Positions 40,401-53,808 of a DNA stretch of 64,000 nucleotides are shown here, one piece after another. The stretch spans positions 15,469,037 through 15,533,036 of the forward strand of contig OZ316891.1 in the NCBI GenBank assembly GCA_973895155.1, read 5' to 3'. Positions within the stretch are counted from its first letter, which is position 1; the number at the start of each line of letters is the position of its first letter. The stretch comes from Marsupella aquatica. Lineage: Eukaryota > Plantae > Marchantiophyta. Both the position numbers and the translations under genes were made by a program. The notes under the pieces are model-generated. The model was not told the origin of the DNA. It did not search any database and worked only from the letters and a program-made list of their open reading frames with translations.

Positions 40401-43400
40401 CGGCTACCACTCGAGGATCGTCCAGAGGGACGGACTGCAAGATAGACGGTTCGCTGTCGTAAGAGAATAGGCTTCGAAGCCTGGATTGCAAGCCTTCGGT
40501 GCTTTGTAAAGATGTAACCATGTCGTCGAGCAACTCCACGATAGTCTTCTGTACTAGATCTATCGATGGCTTGAATACTAAATGGTCGCCTTCGACAATG
40601 AGAAACATTCTGAAGAGAGGATCCTTGGGGGAATCTTTCCCAAAAAATTGAAATATAGTGTCCCTCATTGACTGTCCCAGACCACCGTAGACAGACTGCC
40701 TTCTGAGCGAAGTCCTTGCCCCAGGTTCCGGCAAGCTTGTTTTTGTCCTATAGAATTCTAAGTAACTCTTGAACTCTTCAATGGAAGCTATTACTAAAGC
40801 TTGCAGTTGCTCTGACATAGTGAAGGATAACCGAGCAACAAATCTTTGTAGCTTGTCTCTTGCAGCTTCACTGAGCATAGACATAACAGGAGCAAGGTCC
40901 TCAATCAGACCAACCACTCGTGACGGCCAACTGCAAGGAACAAAACCAAGTCACTAAATTAAATCTGCATGTAATTAGATATCTGCCGAAGTGAGATAAT
41001 GCACCTTTCTAGACTCGGCTGATGAGATTTGACGACATGAGATTCCTGTTCCACACATTAGCTTGTTGAATGTCTTCCATTTCTATTCCCAATCCCAACT
41101 AAGTGGTAAGTGGAAATCGTTCCGTTGTTGAGATTTCATACAACCAGTGCAGACACAAACCTAACAAAGGCAGGTATCGAATAGGCTCTGTAGACGAGCT
41201 TCGCTTAACCTCTACGATATTGACCTTGGAATCAGCGACTCCATACACGCGAATTGTGCGACTCTCATCTCTTCGATTAGCTACCCGCAGCACAGAGACA
41301 AGAATAAACCCAGCTGTTATTCGACAACTTGATAGCACCAGTAGTAACGTTTTCTTGTCTTCATCTTTCCTACCAACTCGGTACATATAGGCAACTTACG
41401 AGACATAATTTCGGACAAGCCTGTAAACTTCATAAGAAAATTGACATTCAAAACACCGTCTTACCCCTGAATTTTTTACCCAGGCGCGTGCAGCGTAATC
41501 GTACTTGACCGCCTCTTGCCTGATTTATTGAAATTTCTAAGATTGCCAGCTAAAGGAGACAGAAAGTAGGCCATGCTGGGTGGACCCACTTAATTCAGTG
41601 GCTATCCTTCGGAACGTCATAGAGTTCTCTTCACGAATTATAGACCCCAGCTCATCAGAAACTTGTATCAAAAGAGTACGAAAGATGGGACAGAGAAGTA
41701 CTCATATTTGAGATACGCTGCTGTGTCCTCTACGTAAGCAAGTTGAACCCGTCGGAAGGCTCGGAGTTTCCAGGGCTTCGGCAGAGTGTACAGCTCCGGA
41801 CTTACAAGAGTATGCTTCGTGTCGATATTCAGGTACATATAGTAGTGTTGCAGAGCAGAATGGAAAGCATCCTCAGCTACACATAAGGTCTGCAAGATAA
41901 TACTCCGTGTTGTTTGAAAATCACTCTGCTCCGCAAACTGAATGGGCAAACACCCATGGCTGCAATTGCCACTAGTCAAAACACGTGAATTCCACTTTTG
42001 TTGGCATATTACAACGTCCATTTTCGAATCAATGTAACACACTTGCAACTAGGGTATACCTACAGTGGACAAATCGCAAATATAGTATCAGGCGCTGAGG
42101 TCATTGAATGTTTCAAATGAATTGAATTGATTTGATTTGATTTTTGAATTCAGAGAGAACCCAACAAGACGTAAGTTCAAGGAGATTTTACCTCGGTACA
42201 GGAGCAGGATCTTTTCCGAGAGGAAAGATATTTAAGGAAGTTAGCCGTTCTCGAACTTCCTCGTTCGTCAAAAACTCATGTTCGACAATAGAGTAGTTGG
42301 TACTTCGATGGTAGTCAAGTCTGCACTCTTTCATGCATTCTTCCACAGTCTTGGGATATAAGAGACACATTCTACCTCCGGCAATAAATATAATCCGCTT
42401 CATCATCGCTTCATCTAGGGTCTCAGGATTGTAGAAGGGTAGCTCGTCGATCAAAAACGAATATCGCTGCAATAAATCCTCGAATAAATCTAGCTGAATG
42501 AACAACCTACTGAACAAGTCGAAGTAATAATAGTAGAATACTCAACGCAGACTTATGTACTCATACAGTTATCACAGCAGTCGTCAATTCATTTGGGTTT
42601 TTCAGTTCAGGCACGGTGACTGCTAAGAACGAGCTAAACCTCTGTTTGAAGAAAAATAAGACTTACAAGTTCAGCTTCGACAGTTTCTCGAAGGTCCACC
42701 GCATGAAGTCGCCGGAGAATGAAACTTGCTTCGCTCTCTCCATCGAATATCAGATTTAGCCTGCATATCCAAAGAGATCATTAGCGAGCAGTTCGGCAGC
42801 TTGCCTCGCTGAGCGCAATTGTCATGCATTAACACACAAACATAACAACACTACAGCTGACCAAAGCGAGCTGCCTCGCCGAAATGTACTGTAGTGGAGT
42901 TTTGGCAATTGCCTGTAGGAGGTGTCATGGCTTATTAAAAGTAAGGCAAATGTCATCTAGCGGAAATCGGAATTGGGCTAAAATTCCTAACCAAAAAATC
43001 CTTTAAAAATTCACATTTCAGCTTGCTTCTACAAATTGTTTTACCATCACTTCACAAATTTCTTGTCCAAGAATGAGGCTATATGCCGTCAGAGTTCTTA
43101 ATCCATGAGAGGCTTTTCTGCGATCGATGAATCGCTCGCAAATGAGATTTCGTGTCGTAAATCATTGTTTTCAAGCGAATTTCTCGGGCAGGGTAGACAG
43201 CGAGCACTGTACTGGAAGAATTTGACCTATGTGCGGATGGTGGAATTCTGGAAAGCAATCCATAACATTAGCGCCTACTTGAGAAGCACTTCACTACCTT
43301 GATACTTGCTTCCCCCTTTGCGTTTCCTCGCTATTGTCGGCAAGCCATATTATACTGTACAAATCGGCCGGTGGATCATACGAGTAGACAAGACAGGGTT

Positions 43401-44671
43401 TCCAGGTGCGACGTGGTTCCCAAAACCCGGCCTCGTTCCAATTGATCAAGTAGGATTTTGATCTTGCTCGGAGCCCCCGCTCACCTCTGTCTAAAGCCTT
43501 CTCAAACAGTTCAAACAACCGACACACATTGTCAGCATTAAACGATATTCATATATATTACTACCAAAGGAGTAATCACAGCAGGTACGATCACGCCAAG
43601 GAGCACAAACAACAGAAACATTTCAGCTAAATCGATGGCGAAATGAGCTCAGCGGCTTCCAATTCATAGATTTATCCTAACACATTTCATCCAAGGCAGA
43701 GCGAAGGCAGGTTGTGTTTCTCCTCACGTTACTCATATCTATTAACTTCCTCATCACAATCTGTTGCACTTTACCCTAATTTCGCTATCAGTCAACAAAA
43801 AAGTGGGACAGTAGGGGGCATACTTAAGTGTCACCTCTTTGAGAGCGGCTTCAGGGTGACGAAGCTCAAGCGATGGGTTGTCAAAATATTTAAAGGGTAA
43901 GTGACGAGCAGGGCGAACAGCTTCTGGAGGCACCGTGACCTTGGGCGGGTTTTCTCTCTCTGGTTGAGCTTTCTCTTGTTGCATCGCCTCCTCTTCTTCT
44001 AGACCATCCAATGTACAAGTATCTAAGCGCTTCCTTTTGACTTCTCGAAACAGCAACATCCTAGGTGGCTTGGGCGGGAAGCTGCCAAAATCTCTTGGAT
44101 CAAAAACCACGACTTCAATCGGCAGTACAGGTGCGACCGGCTCAGCTAGTGGATCCGGCAACTCCTCGTAAAAGTAGTACTCGCTCAGAGGATCCTTTGT
44201 CAAAATCCATTCTTTCTCCTTCACTACTTCTGCTGGGACGTCTTCCATCTCAACATCGGGCTGCACGATGTCCTTTGGGACATCAATTTGCCAACGACTG
44301 CGTCTTTCAAAATCGGCCTGCTCAAATCCAACAACGAAATCTCTTGGAACTCTTATTTTGTAAATGGCGGAGATCTGCCGGCCGAAGGATGGAGGTTCGT
44401 CGACTCCAGGGGTCGGAATCAGGGGCCGATCTCTGTGGGGAATGTCGTAGCATGGTACAGCGTCACTGGTACAAAAGGGAGTGCACTTTGGCGCTGGTGG
44501 AGGAAACAGGGGTCGATAATATTTTCCTTGAATGTTGGAGCAAGGAATGGTATCACAATTACAATCGGGACGATGCCGCTCAACTACATGGTCAATAGGA
44601 CTAGGTGATCTGTTCACTGGGTGAACTTTCCTGCGTTTGAAAGGGTAGCCTTTTGATCCTCTGAGATACAT
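13488..44671 (-). CDS. Axonemal single-headed inner-arm dynein heavy chain, about 47 exons
   Basis: Exons join in frame from ATG 44671 to stop 13488. P1 [37 protein letters not shown]2 GYSYGAKT, P3 GPTGTGKT, P4 GLGGSGRQ, stalk/MTBD (MKNPPKPVK), [21 protein letters not shown] and C-terminal HWVRRGVA are present. All introns are GT-AG except one GA-AG. Confidence 0.95.
20081..20165 (+). tRNA. tRNA-Met: Elongator tRNA-Met(CAT) with an 11-nt intron (20119-20129)
   Basis: GGGGTGGTGGCGCAGTTGGTTAGCGCGTAGGTCTCATA-gctaatgagtg-ATCCTGAGGTCGAGAGTTCGAGCCTCTCTCACCCCA matches the plant nuclear tRNA-Met pattern; A and B boxes and acceptor stem are intact. Confidence 0.97.
20168..20171 (+). terminator. RNA polymerase III T-run terminator of tRNA-Met
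   Basis: TTTT starts 3 nt after the tRNA 3' end. Confidence 0.6.
25189..25488. mobile_element. Degenerate inverted-repeat element in a dynein intron
   Basis: agccggg...aagttca...cagc...tgactggt at the left is mirrored by accagtca...gctg...tgaactt...cccggct at the right; gapped, no TSD seen. Confidence 0.35.
28249..28405 (-). mobile_element. Possible degenerate tRNA-derived SINE
   Basis: Minus strand has an A-box-like GGTAGCTCACTTG and an A-rich tail (T-rich on + at 28249-28281); B box is poor. Confidence 0.25.
33357..33643 (-). mobile_element. Non-autonomous Helitron in a dynein intron
   Basis: Minus strand starts A|TCTACAACTATAATAAG, has subterminal ccgtgcaaagctcgg and ends CTGG|T (CTRR, inserted between A and T). 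Strong similarity to the copy at 53618. Confidence 0.8.
34933..34955 (+). repeat. Interstitial telomeric repeat, 3 units
   Basis: aaccctaaaccctaagccctaaac. Confidence 0.65.
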
Positions 44672-44749
44672 CTTTCCTATTCTTCAGAGAGGCATAGGAG
44701 CTACTTAAGAAAGGAGCATCAGAAGCGCGATTCCAGCACGACAGAGACT

Positions 44750-45185
44750 TTCAGCCCCAGTGGCGTCGAGCACAATGTTTCCTTCTGGAGTTGTATATTC
44801 GATTCTACCTCAACCGAGTTTGATTCCTCGCTGTACATCGTAAGCGTGACCTGCTGCTCTGATTTTGGTCCTCGGAGATTCATCGTTCCCAGATACTTTT
44901 CAGAGAAGAGTAGTATAGTAGCAGCTTACGAAAGGAGCTTGACAAGTGCCATTCCAACACAGAAAATTTGTCAGCCCCAGTGACATCGTGCACAATGTTT
45001 CTTTCTCAATTTGCATACCCGATTCTACCTGAACTAATTAAGTTTGATTCCTCCCGATTCTACGTCAACTAAGTTTGATTCCTCCCTACAGATACCTGTT
45101 TCTTTCTCAATTTGTGTGTCCGATTCTACCTCAGCCAAGTTGGTTTCCTCGCTGGACATTGGAAGTGTGACCTGCTGCTGTGATC
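44750..45185. repeat. Duplicated, partly rearranged ~110 bp unit upstream of the dynein start
   Basis: tcagccccagtg...gcacaatgttt...cgattctacct...agtttgattcctc...gtgacctgctgct at about 44750 and again with internal sub-duplications at 44971-45185. Confidence 0.75.
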
Positions 45186-47078
45186 CAATGTTCGAACCGG
45201 ATGGATTCGAACCAACACGTATCCTCGCTTATGCACGAGTTCAAGATTAGAACCCCCGTCAATCACAGCCCATGATGATCGGCGACCGTGGGGAGCCTCT
45301 AGTGCAATGCCATCCTAGTCACGACACACGTTTCTATGGATCCTCTCCGAGCTTGTAGCTGACCAGTAATTCGGAACAGACGGAGTATTCGTTTTTGGGC
45401 AGCTAAAGCTAGGGGACGTCCACTCCTAAAAGGCCGTGCCGGAAGAGCTCCGGAAAACGACTGAAATGAAATTATGTCGCTGGGTAACATGGCGATCCCG
45501 TTTGTCTTGATCATTGATGGAACATTGCCTCGATCGAATGGTTCAGCCTTGCACTAGCGTAACATCATTACGGCACAAGGACACACAGTACCAAACGACA
45601 TCTGAGCGGGACTGCTACCAGCTCTCGGTGTGATCGACAGCAAAATCAAAAAATTACGGAGGTGAGCCTTTCTGATCAGCGCAAAGGAGGGCCAGGGAAA
45701 GCATGCGATCCGACTGGAGAGCACTCTGAAACTATCTAAAAGTTCCAAGTGGGTAGGAACGTACGATCGAGACAAAAAGGAACGGAAAAGAATCCATTTA
45801 TACTAGCCCTTCGACGCTCGACGAAAGACCAAGTGCTTTTAGAGAACGATTTTCTTGTTTCATCCTTTTTTGAACGACTACCGTAGTGCGAGCTTAAGAA
45901 CTTGGCGAAGCCTTCCAAGAAAGTAAAGTTTGTAGGGAACACGCCAGTCTACTTCTTCTCGAGTGGTTAAGCCCTATCCCCAGACCCTACGTGCGACGCT
46001 CGGACGTGCATTACAGTATTGGAAATCCAAGCATTCAAACCTAAGTCCTGTCTGGAATGCTAGACTTCGAAGCATCGAGATCGACACGGGCGTAAGAAAA
46101 TACATCCATTGTAAGCACCACATTCACGCAGACCGAGAGAGGAGCAACAGTGACCTTCCAAGGCATTCTTTGATTTTGAAAATTAAACAGCTTGAAGCTC
46201 TATTTTCGATTCCGATTGATAGACAGGAGACATTTTGTGGCTACAAGTTGTCGGACAACTAGTCCTTTCGGGAAACGTTTTGAATTTGTCAAATTCAAGC
46301 ACACAAACGGACGTACGCGTCAGTGAAATGATTGATTTCCTGTAGTAGTTATTGTGTACTGTATGAAGCCGAGGAGAAACTGACTTCATGCTCGAAAGGC
46401 TTTTGATTTCATTGAACACCAGGAAATTGAAGTGCAAGAACATAATATATACAATCGAACAAAATTGAGTGCGGACGTAGCGAATTGAGACGAGTAATTT
46501 TAAGCCCTGCTACGAGGGCTCCAGCTCTTATGTCAATTGTCGGTAATCAGAACTAATTTGATCTAGCAGGACTTCCTGCTGTGTTTGAAAAACCGCAAAA
46601 ATGCATTGGAGACCAGACAGCGCTTCTTGGCCCTGCACGTACTCAACAATGGGTCGATCCTCAATTCTACGTCCGGCTGTTCCCTTGCTGGATTGATTTC
46701 GATGCAATTTGTTACACTCTCTGACTACCCTATGCGGTTTGTCTCTGGGATCCTATCTTCTCTGCAATTGGGTTACTGGTCTAGATGCTCACTCGGCGAG
46801 TCTGAGCATTTTCAGTTTTAATTACCTTTCTTGAACTGCTGAGTTGTGTCTGTGCAGGGAGGATAGAAAAAGCGTGGGACATTTTGAAGACTCTTCTTGA
46901 CGTGCGCTGTACGTTGAGCCAGAGCAGGAGATTAAAAACACAGAAGGGCCAGTCGTCATTGGCACAGCGCTCTAATTGTTCGTCTCGAATGCTGGTGACT
47001 ACAGTGCTCATCGAGCGGTCCGTCACGTGCGACGTTGTAAAATCGAGGTACTCCTTGAGATCCGCTCGCTCATCGAAT

Positions 47079-50000
47079 ATGGAGTCTCCTATTAATATCA
47101 GCTCCAACTACCAAGGGTCAAGAGAAGACGAGTCGACACCAGAATGTGATCTGTACCCCAACACGCCAGCAGCAGATCATCAAGACCATGGTGCGTGGAC
47201 ATTTCCACCCACAACTTCCAGATTTCCGTGGCGTCACCAGTTTGTCCTCAGCTTTCGAGACGAACAATCAGAGTTTTGAGCCGGCCATCTTTAGGTAGTT
47301 ACACAAGGTTCATCGCACGGTCAAGAACACTAATCGGAACTGTACATATATGTCCGGAGATTTGAGCCACTTTGTTGCGTCGTGCCCCTGCCCGAAGCTA
47401 GATCGACACCAGGTACGCTTGATTAGCCATGCACGGTCACTACTTAAGGTCAGTCCAGTTTCAAACATCCTCGCAAACATCCAGTCAACTCTGAGTTGGA
47501 CATAGTTATCGGAAGGTAGGAGAATTGAAAGAGTACTCCCAAACGGAATGCCAGCTGCGTCGCACGATTATACAGTAGAGGAAAATCCTTCCGGGAGTCC
47601 TTGCGCTTGTCGAGCAGTGTGCAGGTACATGCACTTGCCTGAAAATGCGTTTGATAACTTTATCGCAGAGACTACCAGGGACGACGAAATGAAAGGGCGC
47701 AAGTCCGATGCTGTGGATGAACCAGAAGATGATCAATCACCTGTTGAAGAAGTGGCTCTAACTGTACCCACTACCGATGATCCTGGAACACCTGTCTGGA
47801 CGTTTCGCATGTGGGCGCTTGGTGTGTTTTCGTGTTCCGTTCTTGCTTTCCTAAATCAGTTCTTTGCGTACAGAACTGAGCCTCTTGTCATCTCTGCAGT
47901 TTGTGCTCAACTCGCCGCTCTGCCTTTGGGACGGCTCATGGCTGCCACTCTCCCTTCTAGGAAATGGTTAAGAGGCTCCATATTCGAGTTCTCTCTGAAT
48001 CCAGGCCCCTTTAACATGAAGGAGCACGTGCTCATCACCATTTTCGCGAATGCTGGGGCTGGTGGGGCTTATGCAATTGGCATTGTAACTGTCGTCAAGG
48101 CTTTCTACGGAAAGAGCATAAGTTTCTTTGCTGGCCTCGCCATTACTATCACTACTCAGGTAAACTCTTATCAAAGACCATCCTTCTATTCGGAGAGCTC
48201 ATGCCTTCAAGGCTACACAGCGCGCTTGCAGAATGATTAATTTAGTACTTTTCTTTACATGCATTTTGACAAATGTATGATTAATTTAGTACTTTTCTTT
48301 ACATGCGTTTTGACAAATGTATTGTCAAAGTTTTCTATGGGAAGCATTATTTAGGTAGCCAAACGATCACCACCGTACCACCCACGGCTTTTATGGAACT
48401 TTCAATACTTACCCGATTCAGAATATTGTTTAACGAATTTTAGTTTTGAAAATCACATCTTGGGAGTGCAGAACCTCGGAAATGTGGATCCTCATAGTGT
48501 TGTCCCCTACAACACCGCGTCAGAGAACTTTTTGTACTTCTTGCCTTTTGCATGTCTACGTTGTTACGCCGATCGAGAGCTAAATGACCGCTCAAGGTTG
48601 TCCGATGAGTTTGGTCATGAAGCAAGTTCGACAGCTTATCTCGTAACATGACTCTGGGAGCCCCTCTGGGAGCCGTGAACGTGGTTGGAATTGTCAATCA
48701 TAAAACACATGTGTATGAAACAGAGGATTTAAACCGAAGGTGGTCCACAGGTCTGTTGACCAATACTCTTCTACATGCCAGATGATTGGCTATGGATGGG
48801 CAGGACTCTTCCGCAATTTCTTGGTAAAGCCTGCCCAAATGTGGTGGCCTGTGAACTTGGTGAATGTTTCGCTATTCAGGTAAACAGATTCATGATTTAT
48901 ATTTAATTATTGTTCTATCGGTATATCTCTACAAAGTCTCGAAATCTTGATCAGAGTTCTAAATCATATTTAAAACGAAGTTTTCCAGAATTAATCGTTG
49001 CCTCTGGTTGAATGTCTGCATATGTCAAGGACCCTTCATGACAAAGACCCAAGACCCAAGAGAGGACTAACTCGAGTCCAGTTTTTCCTGTTCGTATTAT
49101 CCATAAGCTTTGCTTGGTACACTTTGCCCGGCTACTTGTTTCCAATGCTCTCCTCCATCTCTTGGGTGTGTTGGGCTTGGCCTCATTCGATCACCGCTCA
49201 TCAGCTGGGCTCCGGAATGAGTGGTCTTGGCATCGGTGCTATTGGCCTCGACTGGTCTACGATTGCCTCTTTCCTTGGCAGTCCTCTTGCGACACCGTTT
49301 TTTGCCATCGCAAACCTCTTTGTCGGATTTCTCTTGGTCATGTACGTCGTGACCCCAATCATGTACTACAGCGACGTCTACTCTGCAAAGACTTTCCCAA
49401 TATTCTCCAGTGGACTCTTCGATTCGTTGGGGCAAACTTACGACATCTCTCGAGTCATAAATAATCAATTTTATTTGGACCCTGTCGCCTATGAAGGTTA
49501 CAGCAAGCTCCACCTCAGCGCTTTCTTCGTCTTCACTTATGGTGTGGGTTTCGCAGCGCTAGCGGCCACTTTGAGTCATGTCATTTTGTTTCACGGAAGG
49601 TATGCTTTACGAACTTGGCTTGCGGATCAGAATTTGCCAAAGCTGAGATCAATATCTTAGACATAGTTATTTGCCAATTTGTATGTCACAGACAGTGCTT
49701 CGTATTCAAGTCTTCGAACTTAATTTGTTTTGCTTGTGTACAAGTTCTGCATAATTCGTAAAATGCAGTGCTCCGTGATTCGACCTGTGTTTATTTTCAG
49801 ATGTATTTCTCTTCATGTGGCATGTTTCTCGTTGCTTTAGAACTTAACACAATGAAAGAGAACGTCTGGGCCGGGAGAGAATCTCTAATTGTCTGCGTCT
49901 ATTGTGGTCATATTGGCAGGGAGATGCGGGAACAGTTTCATGCAGCTCTATACCAGGAGAAAGAAGACGTGCATACTCGATTGATGAGAGCATATCCAGA

Positions 50001-51811
50001 GGTCCCCCAATGGTGGTTCCACGTCTTGCTTGTTGTCTTCATTACTCTCTCCATTGCAGCTTGCGAATTGTTCCATGACGAGCTTCAGCTGCCGTGGTGG
50101 GGAGTCATCCTGGCATGCGCCCTTGCCGTTACCTTCACCCTTCCAATTGGAGTCATCGCGGCCACAACCAATCAGGTATGGTGTCCGTAGTGAGACCGGA
50201 TCAGTGCACTCGCCTCTAACCTGTCATCCTTACCATCATGCCTGAGATCCAAATCAATATATTACACACATCTACCTTCGTGACAAAGTAAATACAGATA
50301 ATTAAATACAGAGTGGGATTAATTTATGAACATAAAGTTATTTTGGGAAATGTGGCCAAATGTGGTCCATGGGGAGCATCAGTTTCAAATGACCAACGTG
50401 GTGGTCCATGGGAGCATCATTTTCCTTGAATTTTGTATAAAGAGCTCTACACTAATTGTTTGAATTTTATTCTAATGATGCATGATTATCATTTTGACAA
50501 ATATGAAAATTTTATTCTAATCATGCATGATTATCATTTTGACATATACTTCATATCTTATGCTTTCCATTCACGTACATTTTGGTGGGGCCCTAGAGTC
50601 AAAGGTCTAGAGTCTCCACCCTAGAAGCCTAGACTCCAACTCTAGCTTCTTTTCATGACTAATATAGATTCAGAACCTCGGATGATTGACTTGATGTCAG
50701 GTGCCAGGGCTGAACATTGTGACAGAGTACTTAATCGGTTATTTGTATCCTGGAAGGCCAGTGGCAAATGTCTGCTTCAAGACTTACGGTTATATCAGCA
50801 TGACCCAGGCTGTTACATTTCTTCAGGACTTCAAATTGGGCCACTACATGAAGATTCCACCACGTAGTATGTTCTTCGTCCAGGTATACGTACCTCAAAC
50901 TAAAGTAAAAGTATTTCATTGATCTTTCATAGAATGAGAGGATGGTTAGCTTCTCTATTTAACTTAGCTCACAGCCTTCATGGCTTCGAAATGGTTAAAT
51001 TTTAGATTTGGTATGCAAATGGGGCGATACATAAATATTAAGCTCTCTCCCGGTGCATTGGTTGGCCTGTCCTATAGCCAAATATTATCTGCACGTATCG
51101 GTTGACCAGTAGAGAACTGAGGCTTGTGATCCACTGCAAAAAACTTGTATTTCGAAACTTTGTAACGTAGCTCATATGTCAGGCTGTGGTGGGAATGTGG
51201 CACAGCTTTGCGGTACAGTTTTAGCAGCAGTAGTGAACTTAGCAACCGCTTGGTGGTTGCTAACTTCGATCGAAAATATTTGTCGGAAAGACCTACTATC
51301 TCCAAACAGCCCTTGGACTTGTCCGTCCGATAGAGTGTTCTTCGACGCCTCAGTGATTTGGGGACTAATAGGGCCGAAGAGGATCTTCGGATCGGAGGGT
51401 CTTTATAAAGCTGTGAACTGGTTCTTCCTCGCTGGGGCCTTGGCTCCTTTCTCGGTTTGGCTGGCTGCAAGGAAATGGCCAGAGAAGAAGTGGATCAGAA
51501 AGATCAACATGCCCATTATGATCGGGGCGACTGGGCTCATGCCTCCCGCTTCTGCTGTCAACTTCACCACCTGGTTTGTGGTTGGGTTCATCTTCCAGTA
51601 TCTTTTCTTTAAGTACCACAAGGCCTGGTGGCAAAGATACAACTATATCATGTCAGCTGGTTTGGATGCTGGAGTGGCATTCATGGGATTGACGCTCTAC
51701 TTCTCCTTGGGGTTACAACAAACGTCTATTACTTGGTGGGGAACCAACCTTGATAACTGCCCTCTGGCTACTTGTCCAACGGCTCCTGGTGTCCATGTCA
51801 GTGGTTGCTAA
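47079..51811 (+). CDS. OPT: Oligopeptide transporter, OPT family (copy A)
   Basis: Exons about 47079-47190 (inferred first exon, in-frame phase-1 join), 47669-48159, 48782-48879, 49030-49599, 49920-50175, 50701-50883 and 51206-51811. Contains [17 protein letters not shown] and [12 protein letters not shown] motifs. Confidence 0.93.
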
Positions 51812-53617
51812 ACCTAAGCACATTCTGCTTCGTGGAGAACGCATAGGTGAGAAACCTAAGTGCAGTGTTCCAAAAATGCTGGGAATGTGAGCCTTATGTC
51901 ATCCGAGACTTTAATTTGCAAAAGTTTCCAGAGCTTAGCAAGTCAAAACTATGTGAGGCGATCCCGTGCGGGCGGAAGAGATGATTTGATCCCCTTGCGG
52001 ACTTCCCGGGAGACATTGCCTACCAGCATGGAGAAACCCACGGTAGGGAGGCAATCGCGTGCGCGCGGAAGGCGTTTGCAATCCAAGCATATCCCAATCC
52101 TTGTGCGGTCTACGAAAATGCATGCGATGTGAGGATTTTTGAGCTGGAACAAAGAAAGGGCGTGCACATGATGATCAAGGTTTGTTCGTTTTCAAACTTG
52201 TTGTAATGGGCTACCACTAGGCTACTCGTCTTAGTGGTGTCGCTGACATCTTGATCTTGATCAAAACAGGGATCAAGAGCCCCTATTTCATTTTGGTTGT
52301 TGTTCCATACTTTGTTTCTATCTTGACTCTGCAATATCAATTGAGCTCACATGTAAATTTAAATTTTGGAGCATCTTTATCTCGGAGGAAAGATTGGTCA
52401 TGCTGGTCCTAGCGTTATATATCGTTGTTTTGGATTGCAAGCTGGTAACTTTTTGAGTGTCCATTGTATATATAGTTACTGTCTGTCGTTGATTGTAGGC
52501 TGCCTAGAACTGTTCTATCTATCTACGAGTTAGCATTTTTATCTTTGAGCTAAGATGAGTATTATGGCAGGCCTCATTCTAGATGTTCGGCATATTATTC
52601 ATTCGGGCCACGAATTGTGTCATCTTTCCATTCTTTCATTGGTTTGTTAGCTTTTAATTAAGCCCATGTGTTCTCACAATAAGAGAAGAGCCTGTCTTGC
52701 ACTAATTTTGGTCCCCCTAGGATCTAATCTTGTTCGAAAATGGAATTTACTACAGGTAGAGGATTTTTAAAACCAAGACCACCATAGCACCTTGAATGTC
52801 ACTCCATTCACAATTAAAGAAATTGGATTGATCAACACGTTGGAAGAAGTTCATGAGTGAATGAAGTGAAGCTAGATTTGCTCCCCTTAGAAAGATTAAC
52901 TAATGCAGAGAAGTCGGGAGAAAGATGAAGAGCAGACTTAAATCGGTCGACTAATTTGTTTGCTGAGAGCTGTCAAGCCTCAAGCTTAGCTTTGAAGCGA
53001 GTGGAAGAGGTAGAGAAAGTCAGTGACATTGGTACGTACACAACATGACTGGCAAGGATAGACTCCAGGCGCGGAAGGAGGTAGGAGGAGGCAGCTGATG
53101 GGGTGCCAGTTTTGACAAGTCCAAGCTGGGACCAAGAATGGAAGGTTGGGCAAAGGCAGATGGAGCCGAATCAAGATGAGATAATGCAGAGTTGCATAAA
53201 CCTGCAGTCGAGGTGCCTTAACCATGAGTCAAGAGCTCAGTTCCGTGTTCTTTTGATCAAAGCGAGTCAGGGGCACTGCAGCCTGGTTATTCAGATTGTC
53301 TTCATGGTCTAAGTTTGTTAGCTCATATCACATTGGGCTGTTGTTAGAATCAGTGTTGTTACTCAGGATCACGCGTTATGGGCACTTTGGCCAGCTCGAG
53401 AGCTCCAGATCTGGGAGCGGAGCCGGAGGGGGTCTCAAACCGTGCACTGTCGTTTCGCCACATTCAGCAGCTCAGTAGCACCAGTCGAAATTCATGAGTG
53501 GCACTTGATACTGTTGACCACCATTGTACGCCACTTGAGAGAAGCCCATATCTCGGTCCCTTCCATTGCTTGAAACCTTAACTAGTGGACGAAAGCGAAA
53601 CCTCCCCATCATATATA

Positions 53618-53808
53618 TCTACGACTATAATAAGGGATCCCGCCTTTTTTCGTCCTTCATTCCGTTATGAAATACAGAATTGGCAGGAATCAAAATTGGT
53701 CGTTAGATATTTTAGAGTATTTTTGTATCCATTCGATTCGATTACCACTTGCCCTCTCTTGCCTCATTGCACCGTGCAAAGCACGGGCATAGGGCTCGTA
53801 TATATATA
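53618..53808 (+). mobile_element. Non-autonomous Helitron, same family as 33357-33643
   Basis: A|TCTACGACTATAATAAG 5' end, shared core ccattcgattcgattaccacttgccctctcttgcctc, and hairpin ccgtgcaaagcacgg; similarity to the other copy stops in a TA run near 53800. Confidence 0.8.

Noticed and set aside
13488-44671. Many separate minus-strand ORFs and their antisense shadows as independent genes
   Set aside because: The dynein-like minus ORFs splice in frame into one gene; the plus ORFs are shadows or intronic chance ORFs with no motifs.
45189-45285. Functional tRNA, including tRNA-Sec
   Set aside because: No U33 or TCA anticodon and no proper acceptor or D stem; kept only as a low-interest relic.
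50590-50645. Imperfect hairpin in an OPT-A intron as a miRNA precursor
   Set aside because: The stem is too short and mismatched for a plant pre-miRNA.
52880-53310. Purine-rich segment as a retroelement gag/ORF1 remnant
   Set aside because: No recognisable domain, LTR, PBS or PPT; cannot be supported without a search.
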